DNA of 64,000 bases from an archaeon (GCA_020057405.1 JAGVFW010000014.1:32001-96000); one strand, 5' to 3'. Counted from the stretch's first letter, positions 38,353 to 47,186 are shown. A program made the numbers and translations. Notes: generated by a model from the sequence alone, not told the origin.

Positions 38353-39071
38353 ATAATTTTCTTTCTGTGCTCAAAGCATAAGTCTAGTTTGCCGGGCAGC
38401 ACTCGAAAACCAGTTCCGTGATCGTGAGGTTTTCCACTAGGATATTGCCCAATTCGAACATCTACTTTTATGACGCCTTGTTTTAGCAATGCAACGAAAC
38501 GCCTAAAGCTAAAACCCCAAAGAAACCACGCCTCATTAAACCAGAATTCTTCACCAAGACCTTTCCCCTTAGACTCGGCCTTAACATACAATAAACCTGG
38601 GTATTTAGACTCAAATCTCTGCCTCAGCGTTGTTCGGTCCCAATAACCAAGCACTTTTCCTCTCTTCGAAACTAGCGCCACTTTATCCGATTTTATTTGA
38701 ATTTTAAAGCCAGACTTTCCTTTGATTTGATTATACGCTAGAGCATTGACCGTAGTATGAAGTTCTTTCTTGCGATTTCCTCGTCTAGAAGGATATCCGA
38801 AGGTACTGAGAAGAACGGAGTTTGCTTTTTGGGGAAGAGGAGACTTCGTAAAGAGAGTCAGCATACTTTTTGCATTTTTCCGACCTGACTTAAGCTCGTA
38901 CAGCTTATCGTCAGGCCCTGGCAGATTGTTCTCAGGTATATTTGAAAGATCTTCGAGGGTTTTTCCTATACCGGTATCCCCAAGTCGGTGCGTCTTTACG
39001 AAACCGGCTTCTTTCGTCTTAATCAGTCGTTCCCGTAACTGTTCTCCGGTGATTCGCCTAGCAGATACCAA
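38349..39071 (-). CDS. MvaI/BcnI-family restriction endonuclease
   Basis: GDTGIGKTLE..ENN..PD..ELKS..LTLFT and HDHGTGFR motifs; convergent with the MTase. Confidence 0.9.
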   Translation of the reverse strand: MVSARRITGEQLRERLIKTKEAGFVKTHRLGDTGIGKTLEDLSNIPENNLPGPDDKLYELKSGRKNAKSMLTLFTKSPLPQKANSVLLSTFGYPSRRGNRKKELHTTVNALAYNQIKGKSGFKIQIKSDKVALVSKRGKVLGYWDRTTLRQRFESKYPGLLYVKAESKGKGLGEEFWFNEAWFLWGFSFRRFVALLKQGVIKVDVRIGQYPSGKPHDHGTGFRVLPGKLDLCFEHRKKII

Positions 39072-39148
39072 TTATTTCATCCTACCGATTTCCTTCTTCA
39101 ATTCCGGCAACGCATCATAAACTACTATTCGAAACTGCTTTTTAAGAC

Positions 39149-39179
39149 CCGGCAAACCACCCTAAATTCAGTTAAAAAC
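39149..39179 (+). promoter_or_regulatory. CCGGCAA box + TATA promoter
   Basis: CCGGCAA 39149, TTAAAAAC 39172, ATG 39201. Confidence 0.65.
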
Positions 39180-39200
39180 CACTAAATCAAAATAGTAGCT

Positions 39201-39482
39201 ATGTTAAAGGAAATTGCCGTTATGCTTGCAGGCATATTAGCTTTATCCAGCATCATTGGGCTAGCGGTAGTATTCACTCAATACTCAGCTTGTATGAATA
39301 AAGCAGGAAGCGCACCCAATCCGGACTGTGTGAGTGCAGCAATTACTGGAAGCGTTTCTTGGCTCGTGAACGAAATAACTTTTCCGCTAAACGTTATTGC
39401 GTGGATCGCAACAAATATAGGCGGAATAATTGGCGCAATCTTAATCCTCGGAGCCATTTGGTTCTTCTTCGGACAAAGGTAA
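39201..39482 (+). CDS. Small membrane protein
   Basis: Hydrophobic N- and C-terminal helices with a Cys pair between them. Confidence 0.6.
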   Translation: MLKEIAVMLAGILALSSIIGLAVVFTQYSACMNKAGSAPNPDCVSAAITGSVSWLVNEITFPLNVIAWIATNIGGIIGAILILGAIWFFFGQR

Positions 39483-39502
39483 TTAAGCACGCTATTTTTG
39501 CA

Positions 39503-40222
39503 TTACCTGACGCCGAACAGTCTTTCAGTCACGAGTAGTGTGTCGTGCGTGTCGGCTTCGAGATATTCGAGGAGTTTCGGGTCCTTGTCGAGCCACATGC
39601 GCCAGATTTTATCTCCCTTTGAGGCGCTGTCGCCCGCCGTTCCTTCTGCCAAGTGCTTTTTCTTCATTAAGGGAAGATCGGAAAACATCGCGTGCTCTAG
39701 CACGGCGGAGAGCTTGAGGTACTTTGCCGTAGTGTTGTCCCGCGCTGCTATTTCGAAGCGGGCGGCGTGCATCACGTCGAGAATAAACGAGCGGGTGAGG
39801 GCGTCTTTTAGGGCCCAGTACCCTTTGGGGTAGACTGGTTTTTCGCCGGGAGCGAGTTTGGCGCGGAGGAACCCTTCGTACTGCTTGAGTTTGAGGCAGA
39901 GGAGCGGAAAGTCGTAGCCGCTGATGTTGTAGCCGGCCAGGACAAGCGGATTTATGGAGGCTAAGACGGTACCTAGTTGCTCTAAGAGCGCGCTTTCGGC
40001 TTCGTCAGTGTCTTGCGCTAGGAGAATGGTTTTGGTGGTGACTTTATCGCCCGTGCGCCAGCTGACGCCGGCCGCCAGGACGCGCTCGTTTGAGAGAAAG
40101 TCGGTTGGAGAAAGGATTTTTGTCTCTAAGTCAATTGAGGCCACGCGGCCCCAGCTGCCGCTCTCTTTGACTACGTCAACGACTTTTCGGACGAACTCTT
40201 CAGTACGCATAAAACCGGCCAT
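39503..40222 (-). CDS. Standalone DEDD 3'-5' exonuclease (RNase H-like fold)
   Basis: ExoI IDLET, ExoII GYNISGYDFPLL, ExoIII YLEAD. Confidence 0.8.
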   Translation of the reverse strand: MAGFMRTEEFVRKVVDVVKESGSWGRVASIDLETKILSPTDFLSNERVLAAGVSWRTGDKVTTKTILLAQDTDEAESALLEQLGTVLASINPLVLAGYNISGYDFPLLCLKLKQYEGFLRAKLAPGEKPVYPKGYWALKDALTRSFILDVMHAARFEIAARDNTTAKYLKLSAVLEHAMFSDLPLMKKKHLAEGTAGDSASKGDKIWRMWLDKDPKLLEYLEADTHDTLLVTERLFGVR

Positions 40223-40261
40223 GACACTCTTTAGGAGGAGGCGAGCATTAAACCCTTACCG

Positions 40262-40302
40262 ACGGCAAGGGCCGGCAAACCACCCTAGAATCGCTTAAAA
40301 AG
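40262..40302 (+). promoter_or_regulatory. Tandem CCGGCAA boxes + TATA promoter
   Basis: ACGGCAA 40262, CCGGCAA 40272, TTAAAAAG 40295, ATG 40324. Confidence 0.65.
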
Positions 40303-40323
40303 CCCTAAAAATATTGTTTTCTT

Positions 40324-40605
40324 ATGGCAAAAGTTTTCGTTGACAGGAACGGTTACAAGCGGTACGCTGATTCGGGAAAGCCCGTGCACCGGCACGTGGC
40401 GGAACAAAAGCTCGGCAGATCGCTGAGGCCCGGCGAAGTAGTGCACCACAAGAACCGCGAAAAGACCGACAATAGCAGACGAAACCTTTGGGTGTTTGGT
40501 AACCAAGGCCAGCACGACAGGGCGCACGAAACTGACGCCAGAAAGTACGGCGAGAAATACAGTTACCAAGGAAAAAAGAAGAAAAGCAGCTGGTGGCCGT
40601 TCTGA
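40324..40605 (+). CDS. Small HNH endonuclease
   Basis: HRHVAE..LGR.L..GEVVHHKN..KTDN...NL. Confidence 0.88.
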   Translation: MAKVFVDRNGYKRYADSGKPVHRHVAEQKLGRSLRPGEVVHHKNREKTDNSRRNLWVFGNQGQHDRAHETDARKYGEKYSYQGKKKKSSWWPF

Positions 40606-40606
40606 C

Positions 40607-41140
40607 CTATTTCATGATTTTGTCAAGTCTTTTTTCTAGCTGATATGCGGTTAGGTCTACTCCATTATTTTTGAATCCTCTTGTTCCATTGATTGAGGTT
40701 ATTTGCATTTTTTCATTGAATGATATTTGCACGTAAAGGAATTTTTCTTCGGTGAGGAGTTCGCGTACTTCTTCTGGGGTAAAGCATAGTGTGACGGCTT
40801 TCCAGTTTTCTATGCTTTTGCTTTTTTTGGTACTGTTTTTTGTAATAAGTGGGTACAGACCGAAAATCAAGTACCAGTCTGCGTTTTCTCGACTGGTTTT
40901 TTCTATGAAATTGTTTAGCCAAAGAATGTGCTTGTTTCCATTGCTATAAAGTTTAGAACTTTTAACTTGGAACCTAGTAGTTTCCGACTTAAGCCCATTT
41001 TTGACTAAAATGAAGTCTACGCCCTTCTGTTGTCTGCTTACGGGGATGTAAAACGCGTAATCTTTATTCTTTTTGAACTTCGTTTGAAGTATTTCGATAG
41101 CTTTGAACTCGGAGTAGGGAATGCTTATGATTGGTTCCAT
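40607..41140 (-). CDS. PD-(D/E)XK nuclease-fold protein
   Basis: YSE..GVDFIL..FQVKSS motif. Confidence 0.65.
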   Translation of the reverse strand: MEPIISIPYSEFKAIEILQTKFKKNKDYAFYIPVSRQQKGVDFILVKNGLKSETTRFQVKSSKLYSNGNKHILWLNNFIEKTSRENADWYLIFGLYPLITKNSTKKSKSIENWKAVTLCFTPEEVRELLTEEKFLYVQISFNEKMQITSINGTRGFKNNGVDLTAYQLEKRLDKIMK

Positions 41141-41215
41141 TCGACCACCACTTGGTTTACTTCTTCGCGATTTAGCAGGGTTTGGTGGAATTTAAAGAGC
41201 CCGGCAAGCTGCGAG

Positions 41216-41617
41216 TTAGGTTTTCAAGTTTGTTTTGGCCCAGGTGTAGATTTTTTCTGTTTGTTTGATGGTGTTGCGGGCGTTTGTTTCGGTTGGTTCT
41301 TCGGCGTCGTATTCCACTAGGTTTTTTCGGCTCAGGATGTCGAGGAGTTGGCGGGCGGTTTCTTTTGCTTGCGGCACGCCAGTTTGCTGCAGCAAGGCGG
41401 CAGCGTCCTCGTGGCGCTGGCCTGCAGAGCGTTGCTTTAGGTAAAAAGTGGTGACGGCGTCGACGCTCGAGATGGCGCAGTGGATGGCGTTTAAGCACGC
41501 GAGGTTCCAGTTGCCGTCTTCTTCAGCTTGCTTCATTCCAGTGTAGAATTCAGTGGCCTTGGTCCAGTAAGAAGCGTACTTGTGCTTGTCAACTGGTCGT
41601 GAAACAATTTGCTTCAA
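41216..41617 (-). CDS. HEPN protein (toxin of MNT-HEPN pair)
   Basis: KATEF..AIHCAISSVDA..GQRH..KNLVEY. Confidence 0.8.
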   Translation of the reverse strand: MKQIVSRPVDKHKYASYWTKATEFYTGMKQAEEDGNWNLACLNAIHCAISSVDAVTTFYLKQRSAGQRHEDAAALLQQTGVPQAKETARQLLDILSRKNLVEYDAEEPTETNARNTIKQTEKIYTWAKTNLKT

Positions 41618-41627
41618 CTACTCTCCC

Positions 41628-42230
41628 TCACTCTTTCGGGTATATGACTATCCCTTCCTTTTCGATGTTTTTAAGTAGGGCTGGGAGTGGTTTGCCGGCC
41701 ATTTCTTTTGCTGAGAAAACAACGGGCATGACGGGATTGCCAAAAACGCTTGCGAGCTCTAAAGAAGCGTCTAAAACCTTTTCAGCCGCAAGACCCTTGT
41801 CGCTAGCGTCACGCACTACCACAAGCAAGTCCAAGTCGCTCGAGGGACGCTCGCTCCGACGAGCAACTGAACCAAACACCACCATCTTGACTACTTTAGA
41901 CAAGTCAAACCGCTTGGCAACCTCGCTAACTATGGCGCTAGCTACTGCGTCAAACGGCTCGTCAGCTTGCCCAAGCGGCCCGGCCAAAAAATGCTTTTCG
42001 TTCAGCTTCCAGACAAACGCCTTGCCCACTTGCTTGCACGACACCAAGCCATTATCCCTAAAAACCTTCAGCGCCTCGCCAGCCTGAGGCTGCGAAACAG
42101 CTGCAGACAAAGCCAACTCTCGGCCAGTAAACTCCTTTGACGGAAACTTCAACAACACGCCCAAAACCCTGGTTCGCGCCTTCGAACCAGCCAAAACACC
42201 CAGAACGCCACGAAAAATCAAGCCAAACAC
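41628..42230 (-). CDS. wHTH-fused minimal nucleotidyltransferase (MNT antitoxin)
   Basis: TGRELA HTH; VFGSVAR..SDLDLLVV. Confidence 0.88.
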   Translation of the reverse strand: MFGLIFRGVLGVLAGSKARTRVLGVLLKFPSKEFTGRELALSAAVSQPQAGEALKVFRDNGLVSCKQVGKAFVWKLNEKHFLAGPLGQADEPFDAVASAIVSEVAKRFDLSKVVKMVVFGSVARRSERPSSDLDLLVVVRDASDKGLAAEKVLDASLELASVFGNPVMPVVFSAKEMAGKPLPALLKNIEKEGIVIYPKE

Positions 42231-42240
42231 CCCACAAACA

Positions 42241-42280
42241 AACCTTACACATATAAGGAAAACCTAACATATAAGGTTTT
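42241..42280. promoter_or_regulatory. Two tandem imperfect palindromes, probable operator of the MNT-HEPN operon
   Basis: CCTTA-cacata-TAAGG and AAAACCT-aacatata-AGGTTTT just upstream of the MNT start. Confidence 0.6.
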
Positions 42281-42327
42281 GGACGAGACGGGGAAATATC
42301 CAAGCTCGCCGACCTAGGATGGAAGGC

Positions 42328-42358
42328 CCGGCAAGGCACTCAAACTGCGTTTAAAAAC
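42328..42358 (+). promoter_or_regulatory. CCGGCAA box + TATA promoter
   Basis: CCGGCAA 42328, TTAAAAAC 42351. Confidence 0.55.
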
Positions 42359-42507
42359 TACAAAAGTAACTTAGTTCTAGAACAAACCGAATTCATTGAG
42401 AATAACGCAATTATCCAATAATATATCAATAAAGACAATACCTATATATATTATTAACAACAATGACATAATATAGGGTGTAGTGGATTGAACTGGTGGC
42501 GGATTAA

Positions 42508-43494
42508 TTGACTAACGGCTTGACTAGACTCGAGATTGAAGCGTTCAGTAAAGCTAGTTCTAGTGGCGAGGTTTCGGCTTCAAAACTTGCTGAAAGTTTG
42601 AATATTTCGCCTAGTTCTGCTTCGCGAATTATCTCTTCTTTAGTGACTAAGGGTTTTGTCACCACAAATAGAAACGGAATAAGCAAGCAGATCACTGCAA
42701 CTTTTTTTCCAGCTGCCCTTAAGCTGAAGGAACTAATTGAGGCTAACCCGCACGTAGAATTTGAATCACTCTTAGACGGAGCTACCCTCCAAGCTCTTTC
42801 AGGCTTTATCCCGGGACCCGCAAGCGTTCACTCTGCAAGTATATCCAGCTTCACTCCAGAAGTAACCGAAAGGAGGGTAGTCTCGATGTTAGTTGAGCGG
42901 GCCGTGCTGCAAAAGACGGGGCACGGCAAGTACGAAATTAGGCTACCGAGGCTCAAGGAATTCGTCGAGGCCTGGCTGCTCCAAGAAATTGAACTAAACA
43001 GACGCAGGGAAGTGCCCGGATCACTCATCGTAAGCGGTCCGCACGGATTGCTTAGAAGCACCAAGCAGGATGTTCCGACCTACATGGTTCGTACTGGACT
43101 AAGCGTTTTCCACGAGTATGGAGTAAGCCTGAACTTCGATTTCGAAGACTACTACTTCAACGCGTTTCTAAACACTCAAATCAATCTAGGAATGGAAGAA
43201 CACTTGATTCACAGCTTGCTCCGCTCTACGCTGCTATCTAGTGGAAGGGAAGTATCTTACGCTCTACTGGTCATGTTCAAAAATTGGGCGAAATTGGATG
43301 CAGAAAAGTTTCTCGAGTACGGCCAGATGCTCGGAGTAAGCAGTGCGTCGGAACGATCTCTTGAATTCATTAAAGTGTTTAATGAGGGCGGGCCGACTAT
43401 GCCTCTAGCCTATGGCAGATTGGTCGAAGGGCCTGTTTTCCCTTCAAGAGAAGAATTTCTGGAGTTAGTGAAACAATATGAACCAAGAGCGTAA
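42508..43494 (+). CDS. wHTH transcriptional regulator / AbiEi-like antitoxin
   Basis: SKLAESLNISPSSASRIISSLVTKGFV HTH; TGLSVFHEYGV motif; coupled to a nucleotidyltransferase. Confidence 0.65.
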   Translation: MTNGLTRLEIEAFSKASSSGEVSASKLAESLNISPSSASRIISSLVTKGFVTTNRNGISKQITATFFPAALKLKELIEANPHVEFESLLDGATLQALSGFIPGPASVHSASISSFTPEVTERRVVSMLVERAVLQKTGHGKYEIRLPRLKEFVEAWLLQEIELNRRREVPGSLIVSGPHGLLRSTKQDVPTYMVRTGLSVFHEYGVSLNFDFEDYYFNAFLNTQINLGMEEHLIHSLLRSTLLSSGREVSYALLVMFKNWAKLDAEKFLEYGQMLGVSSASERSLEFIKVFNEGGPTMPLAYGRLVEGPVFPSREEFLELVKQYEPRA

Positions 43495-44104
43495 GTATTC
43501 CAAAGACGACATTGACGAAGTGCTTAAGGGGGTTGGAAGCAAGCTAGCGAAGCCCTTGGATTGCTACTTGATCGGCGGCTGCGCTATGACGTTCTACAGT
43601 TTGAAACCAGTTACAAAAGATGCTGACGTTTTATTTGAAGACGACTTGGCCGAACACAACTTCTTAACGGCTCTAAAAAAGATTGGCTTTGAAGACTTGT
43701 TTCCAGGTGCAGAAGAATTTAACGTCAAAGCCAAGGACATCCTAATTGGCCCGAATGGCTTAACTTTTGACTTGTTCTCTAAAACCGTAATGGGCGGCCT
43801 AACGCTAAATGCAAGCATGCGCAAACGGGCCGGGAAAGTCGGAGTTTATGGCAAGCTCGCAGTTTACTTGGCTGCTAAGGAAGACATCTACTTGTTCAAG
43901 GCAATAACCAACCGAAAACCGCCACGAGACTATGAAGATCTAGTAACTCTTCAACAGTCCGGTCTTGACTGGAAAACCGTGACAAAAGAGTACGAAACAC
44001 AAATCAAAGATAGGGACGAACTTAGGGAACGCCTGAAAACCAAGCTCGACTACCTGGCAAGCAAGGGCATAATGAGCCCGCTCCGTAGGGCACTAAAAAC
44101 TTAG
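43478..44104 (+). CDS. Nucleotidyltransferase (DUF6036/AbiEii-like)
   Basis: LIGGCAM..TKDAD..FK..R..RDYED motifs. Confidence 0.8.
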   Translation: MNQERKYSKDDIDEVLKGVGSKLAKPLDCYLIGGCAMTFYSLKPVTKDADVLFEDDLAEHNFLTALKKIGFEDLFPGAEEFNVKAKDILIGPNGLTFDLFSKTVMGGLTLNASMRKRAGKVGVYGKLAVYLAAKEDIYLFKAITNRKPPRDYEDLVTLQQSGLDWKTVTKEYETQIKDRDELRERLKTKLDYLASKGIMSPLRRALKT

Positions 44105-45057
44105 CCAATCTCCTTCTTCATCTCAAGCAGCGCTTCCAATCTCTTTGCCGTCAGGGGATGCGTCATGAAGGCCTCAAAAATTCCTGCCTTCTTCTCTTTC
44201 TCGATTGCCTCAACCAACTTGGCGTCGTTCTTCGTCGCTATTGCAGCGGCAATCTCCTTTATCGAATTCGTCTCGCTTCCTGCGGGGTCGGCGAAGTAGA
44301 AGCTCTTGAGGCTGGCGTCGCGTTCGCGCTTGTCGGAGACACCAGCATACGAAATCTTGGCCAAAGCACTCATGAGGGATTGGGGTTTTCTTGTGGCGTA
44401 GGCGGCGTAGGCGTCGGCGTGGTACTCTCGTTGTCTTGAGAGCCACATTACTAGGAGGGTGCCGAAGAGGCGGGCGATTATCGCACCAACGAAGACGGCG
44501 ATGAAGCCTGCGGCGCCTTGGTTGCGGGAGTCGCGGCCGGAGAACATTAGCACTAGGTAATAGAGGATGACGGGCAGGGCGCTTGCGATTGTCATGATGA
44601 AGACGTCGTTGTGCTTGATGTGCGCCATTTCGTGGGCTAGTACAGCTTCCACTTCGTCCTTGTCAAGCATTTTTAGCAAGCCGTCGTGAACTGCTATGCC
44701 GGCGTCGGACTGCGTGCGGCCAAAAGCAAAAGCATTGGGGGCAGGATCGTCAACGAAGTAGAGTTTAGGAGTCGGCACGCCGGCGTCTTTAGCCAGCTTG
44801 GCGATGACAGCGTGCAGGCCAGGCGCTTGCTTTTCGGAAAGCTCCTTCGCACCGGAGACTCGGCGGATGAGCCAGGGGGACACCCACCACTGGATGCCAA
44901 TGAAGAGGAGGGAAATGAAGAGCCAGCCAAGGATGCCCACTTGGGCGCCAGAATACCACAAGACAAGCGCCAGGATGGCGGCGATGACGCCGAAGACTAG
45001 AGCCGAAGTAAGCCAAATCGTCAAGTTAAGCTTTGAAAGACCTTGAGCAGTTACCAT
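44101..45057 (-). CDS. htpX: Zinc metalloprotease HtpX
   Basis: PNAFAFG, HEMAH, SRQREYHAD, THPLTAKRL. Confidence 0.93.
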   Translation of the reverse strand: MVTAQGLSKLNLTIWLTSALVFGVIAAILALVLWYSGAQVGILGWLFISLLFIGIQWWVSPWLIRRVSGAKELSEKQAPGLHAVIAKLAKDAGVPTPKLYFVDDPAPNAFAFGRTQSDAGIAVHDGLLKMLDKDEVEAVLAHEMAHIKHNDVFIMTIASALPVILYYLVLMFSGRDSRNQGAAGFIAVFVGAIIARLFGTLLVMWLSRQREYHADAYAAYATRKPQSLMSALAKISYAGVSDKRERDASLKSFYFADPAGSETNSIKEIAAAIATKNDAKLVEAIEKEKKAGIFEAFMTHPLTAKRLEALLEMKKEIG

Positions 45058-45211
45058 GCAAATCCCACCGCTAGGGAATAGGAAGAGAGGAAATAAAAGA
45101 TAATGACAAAAGCGGCCGGAAGGAGGGTATGGCCGGCAAGGCGGTTGGGAAAGGAACGACCTGTACGGAACCTAAATAGTTTCTAGGCAAACCCGAAAGC
45201 CTTAATAAGAT

Positions 45212-45229
45212 AATCTTACTAGTAAGATT
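45212..45229. promoter_or_regulatory. Perfect 18-bp palindrome, probable AbrB-PIN operator
   Basis: AATCTTACTAGTAAGATT between a TATA-like element and the AGGTGA SD. Confidence 0.7.
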
Positions 45230-45241
45230 TAGGTGATTTGG

Positions 45242-45514
45242 ATGGTTTCAACGGTTGGCGCCGAGATTACTAGAATGTCGTCAAAGGGGCAGGTGGTGAT
45301 ACCTGAAGACATCAGGACCGCACTGGGTCTAGTAGCGGGATCGGTTTTTGCGGTCTACGGGCGAAAGGATGCCGACACCATCTTGCTAAAACGGATCGAA
45401 CTTCAAGAGCCCGCCAAGGCATTTGAGGAAATGGCTAATTGGGGACGAAAGCACGCGAAGCAAAAGGGTCTTGACGTTTCAATCAAGAAAATTCTGGAGA
45501 GTCAACATAAATGA
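45242..45514 (+). CDS. AbrB/MazE-family antitoxin
   Basis: MSSKGQVVIPEDIR motif. Confidence 0.88.
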   Translation: MVSTVGAEITRMSSKGQVVIPEDIRTALGLVAGSVFAVYGRKDADTILLKRIELQEPAKAFEEMANWGRKHAKQKGLDVSIKKILESQHK

Positions 45515-45524
45515 AGTGAGGCTT

Positions 45525-45944
45525 ATGGTGAGAGTCGTTTTTGACCTGAATGTACTAATTTCTGCCGCGCTCTCACCAAAAGGCGCTTCTTACGGAGTAG
45601 TTCAGCTTGCGGCTACCCGCAGGATTGATGGCTATATCTCAATTGCACTAGTTGAACGCCTCAAACTAGTTGTTCAAAGAGACTTTGGCTTAACGTCAGA
45701 GAAGGCGGAAGAGATGGTCGGCGTTTATCTGCAAGTCCTTAAGCTCGTTGAGCCGGACGTGAAGATAGATGAGCTGGAAGATCAGGAGGACAACCGAGTA
45801 CTAGAGTGCGCAGTCCACTCTAAAGCTGACTATTTGGTCTCTTGGGACCCGCATTTAACAAAACTAAACGAGTTTAGGGGAATATCCGCATTCAACCCCG
45901 GAAAAATAATTGAAGTATTACGAGAGGTGCATTCAATTGAATGA
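45525..45944 (+). CDS. PIN-domain toxin (VapC-like)
   Basis: VVFDLNVLISA..DQEDNRVLECA..ADYLVSWDPHL. Confidence 0.88.
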   Translation: MVRVVFDLNVLISAALSPKGASYGVVQLAATRRIDGYISIALVERLKLVVQRDFGLTSEKAEEMVGVYLQVLKLVEPDVKIDELEDQEDNRVLECAVHSKADYLVSWDPHLTKLNEFRGISAFNPGKIIEVLREVHSIE

Positions 45945-46125
45945 CAAACTGCCCAAACAACACAAAAAAGAGAACCGGCCACCAAAAGAAAACAAGTGTA
46001 AAATTTGCCCACAGCCTCTTGACGACCACTGCGAAGGCTGCTGCGAGGAGGTCAAGGCAGGCGTCCACAAGGGAAAGTTCTGCGGCAAGAAAGGAAACGA
46101 AGTAAGCAAAGACGTATTCCGCTAA
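45937..46125 (+). CDS. Small Cys-rich (possible Zn-binding) protein
   Basis: GAGGTG SD before TTG; CKIC..HCEGCC..FC. Confidence 0.45.
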   Translation: MNDKLPKQHKKENRPPKENKCKICPQPLDDHCEGCCEEVKAGVHKGKFCGKKGNEVSKDVFR

Positions 46126-46134
46126 ATCGCTCGG

Positions 46135-46174
46135 CCGGCAGGCCCGGCAAGCCACTGGCTTTTTGCTTAAATAG
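46135..46174 (+). promoter_or_regulatory. Tandem CCGGCA(A/G) boxes + TATA promoter
   Basis: CCGGCAG 46135, CCGGCAA 46144, TTAAATAG 46167, ATG 46198. Confidence 0.6.
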
Positions 46175-46197
46175 GTGACAAAAGCCTCACTCTGCTT

Positions 46198-46281
46198 ATG
46201 CTCACCTACATCGACAAGAAAGGATTCAAGCGCCGCGCGCCGGAACTCCAGAGACTCACTGGCGTTCAGGCACGGGCTTGA
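46198..46281 (+). pseudogene. Possible truncated paralogue of the HNH gene
   Basis: MLTYIDKKGFKR resembles MAKVFVDRNGYKR of the 40324 HNH; same promoter type; similarity stops after ~12 aa. Confidence 0.4.
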
Positions 46282-47068
46282 GCCGCTCACGGATTTCCCT
46301 ACGCATTTGGGGGGTTACGTGCGCGAGCAACCGCGCTTGGGAGAAGCGCAGGCCCGCCATCATGCGATTGCGCAGCATGCTGAAGTTAGTGTCCGGCCGC
46401 ATGGAAAGGTAGTCGAGCACGTCTTGCAGGGCCTTGTAGGCGCGCACGTGGCCGTCGGCGTCGGTCTGCCAAAGGGAAATGTGAACTTGGTCGGCCTTAA
46501 GCGGCCTGTCGGGCTGGCTATGAAGCAAGAGGATGGGCTTGCGCGTCTTGACGGGCTTGCCGGAATCGCGGTTGTAGACGTGAATCATGCCCTCGTCGGT
46601 CGTCTCGTGGTGCAGGATGTCGACAATCGAGTTGTTGGTGATAAACTGCGTCTCGTTAGTCAGGTTGTCGGACTGGTCGATGTGAAACACGCCCATCTTC
46701 AGCCGCTTGCGCGCCATTTCGGCCATGGAAAGCGCGAAAAACGCCCGCCGGTGCGCCTTGACTTGCGCCAGTTGGGGAAAGCGGCCGATGATGATCCTGC
46801 CGCTAATAAGCTCGTACTTGCCGAAGTTCGTCGTCCGCTCGACAAAACGGCCTTCGGCCGCGTCCCACGAAAGCTCGTAGACTGGCTTTCGGTCGCGGGG
46901 AATTTCCAGCTTGAAACCCACCGGCCTTGAGGCGGACTCGGACTCAAGTACGCTCAACGTGACTTTTCCAGGCCCTTCCTTTGCCCGGCCGGGTACTTCA
47001 AAAACGTACTTCCTTACTTTGGGCCCGCGGCTTGACTGCTTCAAGAAAAACAACTCCCAGCAAGACAA
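46256..47068 (-). CDS. Hypothetical basic protein
   Basis: Long ORF with host-like codon usage; start uncertain. Confidence 0.55.
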   Translation of the reverse strand: MSCWELFFLKQSSRGPKVRKYVFEVPGRAKEGPGKVTLSVLESESASRPVGFKLEIPRDRKPVYELSWDAAEGRFVERTTNFGKYELISGRIIIGRFPQLAQVKAHRRAFFALSMAEMARKRLKMGVFHIDQSDNLTNETQFITNNSIVDILHHETTDEGMIHVYNRDSGKPVKTRKPILLLHSQPDRPLKADQVHISLWQTDADGHVRAYKALQDVLDYLSMRPDTNFSMLRNRMMAGLRFSQARLLAHVTPQMRREIRERLKPVPERQ

Positions 47069-47186
47069 GCGCCCGACGGCTTAAAAACGGCGCTGGCGGG
47101 GCTTGGCGGCCCCAAAAAAACGCTTAAAAGCCACCCCTTGCGTAATTAGTTAGTCGAATTCAAAGTAGTTTTTGAGGTGCATCTGA

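Noticed and set aside
46175-46930. 251-aa plus-strand ORF
   Set aside because: Antisense to 46256-47068, which has more natural composition; neither has a recognisable family, so the choice is tentative.
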